A stretch of 64,000 nucleotides of DNA from positions 1,901-65,900 of the forward strand of contig CAZETS010000023.1 in assembly GCA_964515335.1 (NCBI GenBank), written 5' to 3'. The translations under genes and the position numbers were made by a program. Shown piece by piece: positions 26,966-35,693 of the stretch. Position 1 is the stretch's first letter. Each line of letters begins with the position of its first letter. Origin of the DNA: an uncultured Spirochaetaceae bacterium. GTDB lineage: Bacteria > Myxococcota_A > UBA9160 > UBA4427. A model generated the notes under the pieces. That model saw only the letters and a list, made by a program, of their open reading frames with translations. It searched no databases and had not been told where the DNA came from.

Positions 26966-29170
26966 TCAGCGGCCCAGCAGTCGCCGCGCCGCCGACAGCA
27001 CCGCGTCTTCGTCGATCAGCACGTGTGTGGCCGCCGGGCCGAGGGGCACGTAGCCGTCCCGAGCCCGGACCGAAGCCAGCGCACCGCGGTGTCCGCGCTC
27101 GGCGAGGGAGGCCACGACCGCGTCGGCCACACCGCCGCTGGCGCGGCACTCGTCGACCACCAGGCACGGCGCCGCATCGGGCAGGCGGGCGACGAGGTCG
27201 TCGAGCGGCAACGGCGCCAGCCAGCGCAGGTCGACGACGCGTACGGCCAGGCCGTCCTCTTCGGCCAGCCGCCGGGCGGCGCGCAGGCTCATGCGCAGGC
27301 CGTTCGCGTAGCTGACCAGCACGACCTCGGGCCGCTCGGCGCCGTAGGCTCCGCAGCGCCCCGGCGGCAGGTCGCTCGCGCCGGCCTCGAGGAGCGGGCG
27401 CAGCCAGCCGCCGTCGCCGTGGTCGTGCAGGTCGCGCTCGAAGTACAGCGCGATCGGCTCGAGGAACGCGACGACCCGTCCTTCCGTCTCGGCCAGGCGG
27501 GCCGCGGCGTGCAGCATGCGCGCCGCATCGTCGCCGAAGGCCGGGGCGGCCACCAGCAGGCCGGGGATCTCGCGCAGCGCCGCCACCGCGTTGTCGTTGT
27601 GGAAGTGTCCGCCGAACCCCTTCTGGTACGCGAACGACGCGATGCGCACGATCAGCGGATTGTGGAAGGCGCCGTTCGAGAAGAAGCCGAGCGAGCAGGC
27701 CTCGCCGCGCAGCTGGTCGATGGCGTTGTGGACGTACGCGAGATACTGGATCTCCGCGATCGGCAGCAGCCCGGCGAGCCCCATGCCCTGGGCGGCGCCG
27801 AGGATCGCGGTCTCGTCGAGCTGTGTGTCGAACACCCGGGTCTCGCCGAAGTGGCGCTGCAGCCCGGCCGTGATGCCGTAGGCCCCGCCCTTGCGTCCGA
27901 CGTCCTCGCCGAAGATCGAGGCGCCGGGATGCGTGGCGAGGATCGTTGCGAGGGCGTTTCCGAGATGGGCGGCCAGCGTGCCGGGCTCGGCGTGGCCGGC
28001 CGGGGCTGGGCTGCTTGCGGACGAGGGGGCCGGCGACGGGATCGCGTGGCCGGGTCCGCAGGCTGATTCGGGCGGTGGCAGCGGGGCGAGCACCTGCTCG
28101 GCCGTGGTGAGCGCGCGTGCGTCCGCGACGGCCTCGTGATGCGCAGCGATCTCGGCCTCGGCGGCGTCGCGCAGCGCGAGCAGCTCGTCGGGCTGCGCGA
28201 GCCCTGCGGCGACGAGCGCCCGGGCCGTCTCGCGCAGCGGATCGCGCGACTCCATGTCGGCGATCTCCGAGGCGCGCAGGTAGGCGGTCTCGGCGTCGCT
28301 GCCGGCGTGACCTCCGAGGCGAACCGTCTCGAGGTGCAGCAGCACCGGGGCCCGCGCGTCGCGGCAGCGGCGGATCGCGTGATCGATCGATCGCCACACC
28401 TCGTCGAGGGCGCCCGCTGCCCGCACGTACTCGAGATCCGGCAGCCCGCGCCACGTCTGCTCGAGCCAGCCGGGCGGCGTGCGCTCGGAGATGCCGAGCC
28501 CGTTGTCCTCGCAGACGAAGAGGATCGGCACCGCGTGCCCGCGGCGATGGGCGTAGCGCGCGGCCTGGATTCCCGACAGCGCGGTGGCGTGGTTCGACGA
28601 GGCGTCGCCGAACGAGCAGACGACGATCGCGCGCTCGTCCACCGGCATGCGCAGGCCGAGCCGCCGGCGGCGGGACAGACCGAACGCCAGTCCCGTCGCC
28701 TTGGGGAGGTGGGAAGCGATCGTGCTCGTTTGCGGCACGATCCAGAGCGGGCGGCTGCCCCACACCTTGTGGCGGCCACCGGCGATGGGATCCGCCGCGG
28801 CGGCGCGAAGCGACAGCAGCACGTCGCGGATCGCGTTGTGTTGGCCGGCCCGGGCGGCGCGGGCGAGGAAGAGCGCGCCCGAGCGGTAGTGGAGCAGGCA
28901 CGGGTCCTCGATCTCGAGCAGTCGGCCGAGGATCGCGTTCCGCTCGTGCCCGGCGCTGCCGATCGTGTAGTAGCCCGTGCCCTCGGCCCGCATCCTTCGA
29001 GCCGCCCGGTCGAGTGCGCGGCTGCCGATCTGCGCGGCGAAGAGCGCGATCGACTCGTCGCGTGACAGCAGGCGTGTCAGCGGGTGTTTCCGGCTGTTTT
29101 CGGGCGGAACCTCACGCATTTCCTCGAGCTCGGAGACGAGCTGCGCGTCGAGGATGTCGAGTCGGTCCAT
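26966..29170 (-). CDS. Thiamine-diphosphate-dependent 2-oxoacid dehydrogenase E1 component, fused alpha/beta subunits
   Basis: 734 aa. The alpha part carries the TPP motif FGDASSNHATALSGIQAARYAHRRGHAVPILFVCEDNGLGIS. The beta/transketolase-like part has IFGEDVGRKGGAYGIT...RVFDTQLDETAILGAAQGMGLAGLLPIAEIQYLAY. Confidence 0.85.
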   Translation of the reverse strand: MDRLDILDAQLVSELEEMREVPPENSRKHPLTRLLSRDESIALFAAQIGSRALDRAARRMRAEGTGYYTIGSAGHERNAILGRLLEIEDPCLLHYRSGALFLARAARAGQHNAIRDVLLSLRAAAADPIAGGRHKVWGSRPLWIVPQTSTIASHLPKATGLAFGLSRRRRLGLRMPVDERAIVVCSFGDASSNHATALSGIQAARYAHRRGHAVPILFVCEDNGLGISERTPPGWLEQTWRGLPDLEYVRAAGALDEVWRSIDHAIRRCRDARAPVLLHLETVRLGGHAGSDAETAYLRASEIADMESRDPLRETARALVAAGLAQPDELLALRDAAEAEIAAHHEAVADARALTTAEQVLAPLPPPESACGPGHAIPSPAPSSASSPAPAGHAEPGTLAAHLGNALATILATHPGASIFGEDVGRKGGAYGITAGLQRHFGETRVFDTQLDETAILGAAQGMGLAGLLPIAEIQYLAYVHNAIDQLRGEACSLGFFSNGAFHNPLIVRIASFAYQKGFGGHFHNDNAVAALREIPGLLVAAPAFGDDAARMLHAAARLAETEGRVVAFLEPIALYFERDLHDHGDGGWLRPLLEAGASDLPPGRCGAYGAERPEVVLVSYANGLRMSLRAARRLAEEDGLAVRVVDLRWLAPLPLDDLVARLPDAAPCLVVDECRASGGVADAVVASLAERGHRGALASVRARDGYVPLGPAATHVLIDEDAVLSAARRLLGR

Positions 29171-29410
29171 GTCCGGCGTGTCGGCCGTGCGGGGCGTCGG
29201 CCAAACGGCCGATCGCGGATTGCAGTCGGGCGAAAGCTCTCCGCGCCGGGCGGAACCTCGTCGGTCGACCCGATCGCAACGCGCCCGGCATTCGTCCGCC
29301 GGGGGTGATTGCCATCACATCGTTCGAGGCGTGCCTGGGCGATTCAAGGGCCGGCTCCGGGATTCGGACGGGATCCAGGCCGGAGTCCGTGCCTGGGAAG
29401 GACCCGACCG

Positions 29411-31531
29411 ATGGGCAAGATTTCACTGCATCGATGTATCGCGCACGCTCGCTTCCGCCTCGCGGCGGCGCTCGTCGTCGCGCTGCCGCTGCTGCTCGCG
29501 ACCGGCAGCGCGCAGGCGCGGCTCGCGACGATCCAGTGGACCGACCCGAATCCCGCGCCGTCCCCGGTGACGAACTTCCGCCTCCACGTCGGCACGACTT
29601 CGGGCTCGTACGGCGCGATCGTCGACCTCGGCCTGCCCACTCCGAACGCGAGCGGCGTCTTCACGGCCTCGGCGAACGTGCCCGACGACGTCGACGTGTA
29701 CATCGTGATGACGGCCTTCGAGGTGAGCGGTCTCGAGAGCGCCTGGTCGAACGAGCAGGTCCTCGCCGCGCCGCCGCCGGCCGGCGACCAGCTGCCCGAC
29801 GGCCAGATCGACTCGCCGACTGGCAGCCCGGTGATCGCTGCTGGGCAGAGCATCGCGTTCGCCGGCTCGGGCTTCGATCCCGACGGCGGACCGGTGACGT
29901 ACTCGTGGGACTTCGACCCGATCGGATCCGACGTGCCCGGCTCGACGCAGCAGAACCCGGGCGCCGTCACCTTCCCGAACGCGGGCACCTTCGTCGTCAC
30001 GCTCACCGTGACCGACGACGAGGGCAACTCAGATCCTTCGCCGGCGACGATCGTAGTCGACGTGCAGCCGATCGCGTCTCAGCCGCCGGGCGGCGGCAAC
30101 GCCGGTGTCACCGGGCTGCGGCTGGCCGGCCGCGTGACGACCGACTCGTCGGTGGCCGCCGCGCCGGACGGCGACACGCGCCTGTTCGTCGCGGCGCGCA
30201 GCGGACTGATCCGCGTCGTCGAGGGCGGCTACCCCCGCGCGACGGCGTTCCTCGACCTCTCCGACGACGTCTCGGCCGCGGATGGCTACGGCGGCGTGCT
30301 CGGACTGGTCTTCGACCCGGACTACGCGACCAACGGCCACCTCTTCGTGACGCGCGTCGATGCCGGCGGCGACCTGGTGCTCTCGCGCTTCAGCCTCGGC
30401 GCGCACCCCTACGTGGCCGATCGCGCGAGCGAGGTCCAGCTGCTGCGTCTTCCGCTGCCGCACGCCGGCAACCCGGGCGGCGGGCTCGCCTTCGGGCCCG
30501 GCGGCTTCCTGTTCGTGGGCGTGGGCGACGGCGGCGGGGCGGGTGATCCCGACGATCGCGCCCAGGACCCGACCGCTCTGCACGGCAAGCTGCTGCGCCT
30601 CGACGTGGGCGTACCCGCGGCCGCGGACAGCATTGCGGCCGGGGCGTACTCGATTCCCGCCGACAACCCGTTCCTCGGCGGCTCGACCCGCGACGAGATC
30701 TGGGCCCTCGGTCTGCGCGACCCGGCGCGCATCAGCGTCGACCGGCAGACCGGCGCGCTCTGGATCAGCGACCCGGGCGCCGGCGTGCGCGAGGAGATCA
30801 ACTTCGAGTCCGGCACCGACGCGGGTGGCCACAACTACGGCTGGGACGTCACCTCGGGCACGCTCTGCAACCCGACCGACCCGTCGCCGGCGCCTTCGTG
30901 CAGCGACCCCGGAATCACGGACCCGATCTTCGAGTACGCCGCCAGCGCCTCGAGCTGCGGAATCATCGGCGGCCACGTCTACCGCGGCGCCCACCTCGAA
31001 TTCCAGGGCCAGTACTTCTTCGCCGCGGGCTGCTCGGGCAATGTCTGGAGCTACGACCGCGTGAACGACCAGCTCTACAACCGCACGCTGGAGTTCCTCG
31101 AGGGCGGAACCGCGAACCCGGCCGCGATCGCTCTGGCCGAGGGGGGCACGGGCGAGCTCTATGTGCTGGCTGTCGACGGACGGGTGCACGAGATCCGCAG
31201 CGACGTGCCGAGCTGTCGCGACGGCGTCGACAACGACGCCGACGGACTGATCGACTATCCGCAGGATCCCGGCTGCGCGGATCCCGACGCCGAGACAGAG
31301 GTGCCGCTGTGCGACGACGGCTTCGACAACGACCTCGACGGCCAGATCGACACGAACGACCCGGAGTGCGGCGCCTCGCACCAGAACGTCGAGGCCGAAG
31401 CGGCCGCCCTCCACGAGATCGCCGGCGAGGAGATCTTCTGCGGCCTCGGCGCCGAGCTGGTCTTCATCATCCCGGCCTTCATGTGGCTGCGGCGGGCGGG
31501 GCGGCGGGCGGTTCGGCTGGTCGGCGCCTGA
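29411..31531 (+). CDS. Secreted multidomain protein: PKD-like domain, PQQ-dependent sugar dehydrogenase-like beta-propeller, Cys-rich DND-x-DG repeats and a C-terminal anchor/sorting-like tail
   Basis: Met35 of track ORF 29309 (MGKISLHRCIAHARFRLAAALVVALPLLLATGSAQA). PKD-like: VTYSWDFDP...GTFVVTLTVTDDEGNSD. SGDH-type propeller: GVLGLVFDPDYATNGHLFV, HAGNPGGGLAFGPGGFLFVGVGDGG, LHGKLLRLDV, IWALGLRDPARIS, GHNYGWD. Tail: CRDGVDNDADGLIDYPQDPGC...CDDGFDNDLDGQIDTNDPEC...FCGLGAELVFIIPAFMWLRRAGRR. Confidence 0.8.
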   Translation: MGKISLHRCIAHARFRLAAALVVALPLLLATGSAQARLATIQWTDPNPAPSPVTNFRLHVGTTSGSYGAIVDLGLPTPNASGVFTASANVPDDVDVYIVMTAFEVSGLESAWSNEQVLAAPPPAGDQLPDGQIDSPTGSPVIAAGQSIAFAGSGFDPDGGPVTYSWDFDPIGSDVPGSTQQNPGAVTFPNAGTFVVTLTVTDDEGNSDPSPATIVVDVQPIASQPPGGGNAGVTGLRLAGRVTTDSSVAAAPDGDTRLFVAARSGLIRVVEGGYPRATAFLDLSDDVSAADGYGGVLGLVFDPDYATNGHLFVTRVDAGGDLVLSRFSLGAHPYVADRASEVQLLRLPLPHAGNPGGGLAFGPGGFLFVGVGDGGGAGDPDDRAQDPTALHGKLLRLDVGVPAAADSIAAGAYSIPADNPFLGGSTRDEIWALGLRDPARISVDRQTGALWISDPGAGVREEINFESGTDAGGHNYGWDVTSGTLCNPTDPSPAPSCSDPGITDPIFEYAASASSCGIIGGHVYRGAHLEFQGQYFFAAGCSGNVWSYDRVNDQLYNRTLEFLEGGTANPAAIALAEGGTGELYVLAVDGRVHEIRSDVPSCRDGVDNDADGLIDYPQDPGCADPDAETEVPLCDDGFDNDLDGQIDTNDPECGASHQNVEAEAAALHEIAGEEIFCGLGAELVFIIPAFMWLRRAGRRAVRLVGA

Positions 31532-31544
31532 GGGGCGAGCTCCG

Positions 31545-32783
31545 CTACTCGACCTCGAACGCGAGGCCCGCGTGCTCGACGAGTCGCTCGAGCAGCGACT
31601 CGCCCATCGCCGCGGCCGGCGTGGAGAAGCCTCCGGGCGCCGAGAGGTCGTCCCTGGCCAGGCACACGGCGGCCTCGCCGAGCATGCGGGCCGTCGACCC
31701 GTAGCCCGGGTCGCGGTCGCCGGTGACCCTCGCGCGCAGCGACGAAGCGGGCTCTTTCGGGTGCTCGGCGTGCAGTCGCAGATCGAAGTAGCCGGCCTCG
31801 CGGGCGGCCTGCGACGGTCCCTCGCCGGGTGACGGCAGGCCGCGCGCCAGCAGCCTTCGCAGCGGCCCGATCGCCGCCAGCGCCATCCCGCCGCCGATCG
31901 CAGCCGTGGTTGCGGTCGCTCGGGTGGCGCCGAGGGGGCCCCGGCCCATCAGCACGCCCTCGTCGTAGCGGAAGTCGCGTCCGTACGCGTAGTCGAGCAG
32001 GGCATTGGTGCGCCGCACGATCTTCGTGTCGACGCCCGCCATCACGAAGGGCGCCACCCACTCGTCGAAGTCGCCGTCGTGCCAGGGCGAGCGGCGCTCC
32101 GGTTCGTCGGGCCCCGAGCGCTCGTCCGCCGGATTGATCGAGTACGGCTCGTTCATGGCGCGCATCACGGCGGGATCGTGCCGCGCCTCCTCCATCATGT
32201 TCAGCATGCTCGCGATGGTGCCGCCCGAGGCGCCGCCGCTGAACCCTTGCACCCGGAGCTTGACGTGCGGCGAGGTGACGCCGTGGCGCGTCTGCATCTC
32301 GCGCTGGACGAACCACGTGCCGAGGTCCGAGGGGATGCAGTCGAACCCGCAGGCGTGGACGATACGGGCGCCGCTCTTGCGGGCCGCGTCGTGGTGCGTG
32401 TCGATCATGCGCTGCATCCAGTGGACCTCCCCGGTGAGGTCGCAGTAGTGGGTGCCGCCGGTCGCGCAGGCTTCGACGAGGGGCGACCCGAAGCGCGCGT
32501 ACGGGCCGACCGTCGTGCACACCACCCGTGTGCGGGCCGCCAGGAGTCGCATTGCCTCCCCGTCGCCCGCATCCGCGACGATCAGCGGCAGGTCCGTCGC
32601 GCCCGGACCGAGGCGGTCGCGCACCGCGCGCAGCTTGGGCTCGCTGCGGCCGGCGAGGGCCCAGCGCAGGCCGCCGCCGGCGCCGTGTCGTTCGCAGAGG
32701 TACTCGGCGACGAGGCCTCCCGTGAAGCCGGTCGCGCCCTGCAGCACCACGTCGAACTCGCGGTCACTGTCGGCGGTCTGCAT
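31545..32783 (-). CDS. Saccharopine dehydrogenase-family NAD(P)-binding oxidoreductase (trans-acting enoyl reductase-like)
   Basis: 412 aa: EFDVVLQGATGFTGGLVAEYLCERH...LRWALAGRSEPKLRAVRDRL, VCTTVGPYARFGSPLVEACA, GFDCIPSDLG. Confidence 0.85.
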   Translation of the reverse strand: MQTADSDREFDVVLQGATGFTGGLVAEYLCERHGAGGGLRWALAGRSEPKLRAVRDRLGPGATDLPLIVADAGDGEAMRLLAARTRVVCTTVGPYARFGSPLVEACATGGTHYCDLTGEVHWMQRMIDTHHDAARKSGARIVHACGFDCIPSDLGTWFVQREMQTRHGVTSPHVKLRVQGFSGGASGGTIASMLNMMEEARHDPAVMRAMNEPYSINPADERSGPDEPERRSPWHDGDFDEWVAPFVMAGVDTKIVRRTNALLDYAYGRDFRYDEGVLMGRGPLGATRATATTAAIGGGMALAAIGPLRRLLARGLPSPGEGPSQAAREAGYFDLRLHAEHPKEPASSLRARVTGDRDPGYGSTARMLGEAAVCLARDDLSAPGGFSTPAAAMGESLLERLVEHAGLAFEVE

Positions 32784-32846
32784 GCGCTGTCCTCCTGGCC
32801 GCGGTTTCGCGGTGGGCTCTCGTGCCGGATCGCCGGGAGCGTCGCG

Positions 32847-34160
32847 CTACGACGCGGCCGCGCGGGTGGCGGCCGCGTCCGAACCGGCGCTGACGGGGGT
32901 CCCCGCTTCGGGCCGCTCGGCCCGGTACTGCGAGTAGCGCCACGCCAGGAAGCGGTCCACCGCCTGGGCGGTCGCGCTGGTGCGCTCCGAGTGGAAGACT
33001 TCGAAGGCGTGCTGGGTGCCCGGCAGCTCGGCGAAGACGACCGGCTCGTTCGAGACCCGCGCCAGCGACCAGGCGAAGTGCCGCGCCTCCTCGATGGAGG
33101 CGAGGCTGTCGTTGGTCCCGTGGATCACGAAGAAGGGCGGGGCATCGGCGCGCAGCCGGTGCAGCGGAGAGGCGCGGCGCATGGCCTCGGCGTCGGTCTT
33201 CGGGTCGACCTTCAGCACCGTCTTCGCGATGAAGTCGCCCATCCGGTCCTGGGCGTGCAGCCCCCAGTGGTTCGAGAAGTCGTAGACGCCGTAGAACGGC
33301 ACGGCGGCGGCGACGCGGGTGTCGACCGACTCGAAGCCCGGCTGGTACTCGGGGTCGTTCGCCGTCAGGCCCACCATCGCGGTGAGGTGCCCGCCGGCGC
33401 TGCCGCCGGTGGCGACGATGAAGTCGGGGTCGCCGCCGAAGCGGTGGATCTCGGAGCGGATCCATGCGATCGCGCGCTTCACGTCGACCAGGTGGTCGGG
33501 CCAGGTCGCTTGCGGACTGAGCCGGTAGTTGGCCGCCACGCACACCCAGCCCTGCTGGGCGAGGTGCACCATCAGGGGCTGCGCCTGCTCGTGCTTGTTC
33601 CCGATCGTCCAGCCGCCGCCGTGGATCTGGAGCAGCACGGGGGCCTTCTCGGCGCCGTTCGTCGAGACGTACACGTCGAGGTGGTTGCGCTTGCCGCCGC
33701 CCTCCACGTACGGGATGTCGCGGTGGATCTTCACCTCGGGGTGCTTGAAGCGGAAGGGATTGAGGGGGCGGGGCGGCGGCGGGGGCGTAGTGGCGATCTT
33801 GTCCTGCAGGTCGGCGTCGATGTGGTGCGTGTAGTCGTCGCCGAGCCCCGCCTGCAGGGCCGCCTCGTAGACGGCCCCCGACTCGCTCGAAAGCCGCAGG
33901 TGCGCGACCAGCGCGGCCCAGGAGACCAGCGTGATTCCCATGCCGGCCCAGCCGGGCCACGCCTCGAGGGCGCCGGCCCAGACGAAGAGCAGAGTGGCGA
34001 CGACCTGCCAGCCGATGTGGTGCGCCGGCAGCTCGGAGGTCAGCCAGCCTCCCATGAAGCTCGGGATGCTGAGCATGCCGGTGCGCCGCTGGGGCATGTA
34101 GGCGTTGATGGTGAAGAGCGCGCCCCAGACGGACACGGCGAGGAAGAGCCAAGGGGCCAT
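32847..34160 (-). CDS. Membrane-anchored alpha/beta-hydrolase (esterase/lipase, HGGG type)
   Basis: Met276 of track ORF 32847..34985 (MAPWLFLAVSVWGALFTINAY). Three or four N-terminal TM helices. Oxyanion LLQIHGGGWTIG, nucleophile elbow VATGGSAGGHL, and later FFVIHGTNDSL...HAFEVF. Confidence 0.85.
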   Translation of the reverse strand: MAPWLFLAVSVWGALFTINAYMPQRRTGMLSIPSFMGGWLTSELPAHHIGWQVVATLLFVWAGALEAWPGWAGMGITLVSWAALVAHLRLSSESGAVYEAALQAGLGDDYTHHIDADLQDKIATTPPPPPRPLNPFRFKHPEVKIHRDIPYVEGGGKRNHLDVYVSTNGAEKAPVLLQIHGGGWTIGNKHEQAQPLMVHLAQQGWVCVAANYRLSPQATWPDHLVDVKRAIAWIRSEIHRFGGDPDFIVATGGSAGGHLTAMVGLTANDPEYQPGFESVDTRVAAAVPFYGVYDFSNHWGLHAQDRMGDFIAKTVLKVDPKTDAEAMRRASPLHRLRADAPPFFVIHGTNDSLASIEEARHFAWSLARVSNEPVVFAELPGTQHAFEVFHSERTSATAQAVDRFLAWRYSQYRAERPEAGTPVSAGSDAAATRAAAS

Positions 34161-34437
34161 CGGATTTCGTCTCCAGGGTGGCGACGCGGGCTCCCGACGG
34201 CGGATTGCGTCCGGCCTTCCGGACGTCCGCGTCGGGCGCGTCGAAGCGTCGAGCCCGGGAGGGTACCGTGGCCGCCGCCTCCGAGCCGTCGCCCCCGCGA
34301 CCGGTGGAGCCAGGCCACGCCGGTCCAGGGTCGCAGGCGACGGCGGCGAACGGCCCCTCCGGCGCGCCTGTGGGCTGTATCGTATGGCCTGCGGGGCAGC
34401 CTCCGTGCCGGCAGGTGCCCGCTTGGATTCGAGGTCG

Positions 34438-35526
34438 ATGGCGAAGGACCCCCTGGCGACACGGCTCTGCGAGGCGCTCGAGGTCGAGCTGCCCATCGTC
34501 TGCTTCACCCACTGCCGCGAGGTGGCGGTGGCGGCCCGTCGCGCCGGTGCGTTCCCGGTGCTCGGCGAGGCGCTGCGCAGCCTCGAGGAGATCGAGCGCG
34601 ACATCCGTTGGATCCGCGAGCGCATCGGGCCGGGCTTCGGGATCGACCTGGTGCTGCCCGCCCGGGCGCCGCGACAGGCGGGGGCGGAGGAGCTGTACGC
34701 CGAGATCCCGGCCGAGCACCGCGCCTTCGCGGAGCACGTCGAGAACAAATACGACGTTCCGGCGCCCGCGGGCGAGGTGGCGCTCCACAAGTGGGGCGGC
34801 AACAACCAGAAGATCGCCCGGGCGCAGATCGAGGTCCTGCTCGACGAGAAGGTGCCGGTCATCGCCACCGGGCTCGGCGCGCCCGACTTCCTCTTCGACG
34901 AGGCCAGGCGCCGCGGCGTCAAGTTGATCGCTCTCGTCGGCGCCACCCGGCAGGCCCTGCGGCAGATCGAGCGCGGCGCCGACATGGTGGTCGCCCAGGG
35001 CTACGACGCGGCCGGACACACCGGCGGCGTCGGAACGTTCTCCATCGTGCCCGAGATCGTCGCGCGCGCCGGCGATGTGCCGGTGATCGCCGCCGGCGGC
35101 ATCACGTCCGGCCGGCACCTCGCGGCGGCGCTGTGTCTGGGGGCGGTCGGCGTGTGGACCGGCACGGTGTGGCTCGCCTCGGAGGAGTCGGACGTCGACC
35201 CGATCATGAAAGAGCGCATCCTCGGCGCGACGGGCGCCGACACCACGCGCACCGCCACGATCTCGGGCAAGACGATGCGGGTGCTGAACTTTCCCTGGGC
35301 GACCGAGTGGGAGAGCGAGGTCGCGCCGCCGCTGCTGCAGAGCCCGTACCAGATGATCCTCACCTCGAAGTATCTGCAGGGAGCCAACGACGCACGGCGG
35401 GCCGACCTGATGACCGAGGCGGTCGGGCAGGGTGTCTCCTTCGTGAGCCGAGCTGCGCCCGTGGCGGAGATCGTCGACGACCTCGCGAGCGAGGCGCGAC
35501 GCGTGCTGCGATCCGCGGTGGCCTGA
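34438..35526 (+). CDS. Nitronate monooxygenase (NMO / 2-nitropropane dioxygenase family, FMN TIM barrel)
   Basis: Met112 of track ORF 34105 (MAKDPLATRLCEALEVELPIVCF). Motifs: VVAQGYDAAGHTGGVGTFSIVPEIV...VPVIAAGGITSGRHLAAALCLGAVGVWTGTVWLAS. Confidence 0.85.
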   Translation: MAKDPLATRLCEALEVELPIVCFTHCREVAVAARRAGAFPVLGEALRSLEEIERDIRWIRERIGPGFGIDLVLPARAPRQAGAEELYAEIPAEHRAFAEHVENKYDVPAPAGEVALHKWGGNNQKIARAQIEVLLDEKVPVIATGLGAPDFLFDEARRRGVKLIALVGATRQALRQIERGADMVVAQGYDAAGHTGGVGTFSIVPEIVARAGDVPVIAAGGITSGRHLAAALCLGAVGVWTGTVWLASEESDVDPIMKERILGATGADTTRTATISGKTMRVLNFPWATEWESEVAPPLLQSPYQMILTSKYLQGANDARRADLMTEAVGQGVSFVSRAAPVAEIVDDLASEARRVLRSAVA

Positions 35527-35693
35527 CGGCCGGCGTGATGCGCGCGCTATCGCGGCGCCCGGCGGCGCCGGCCCGGCAGGAACCGGATCGGCTCGGCGGA
35601 CTCGAAGGGTGTGGTAGCCTCGGGTCGCATCGCGGCTCGGGGGACGTGGCGGAACCGGGGGGGAGCCACCGCGCACGAGCCAGGTGGGGGACG

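Noticed and set aside
26526-30546. Track ORFs 26526-28901 (-), 27652-28779 (-) and 28117-30546 (+).
   Set aside because: Arg/Pro/Ala-rich shadow frames of the E1 alpha/beta fusion gene and the PKD/PQQ-dehydrogenase-like gene.
32079-35693. First 1205 codons of the 1725-aa track ORF 32079..37256, plus antisense ORF 32764-35676.
   Set aside because: They run through three well-supported genes in other frames or strands (saccharopine dehydrogenase family, alpha/beta hydrolase, NMO). Only the TolC-like part from ATG 35694, with its signal peptide, looks real.
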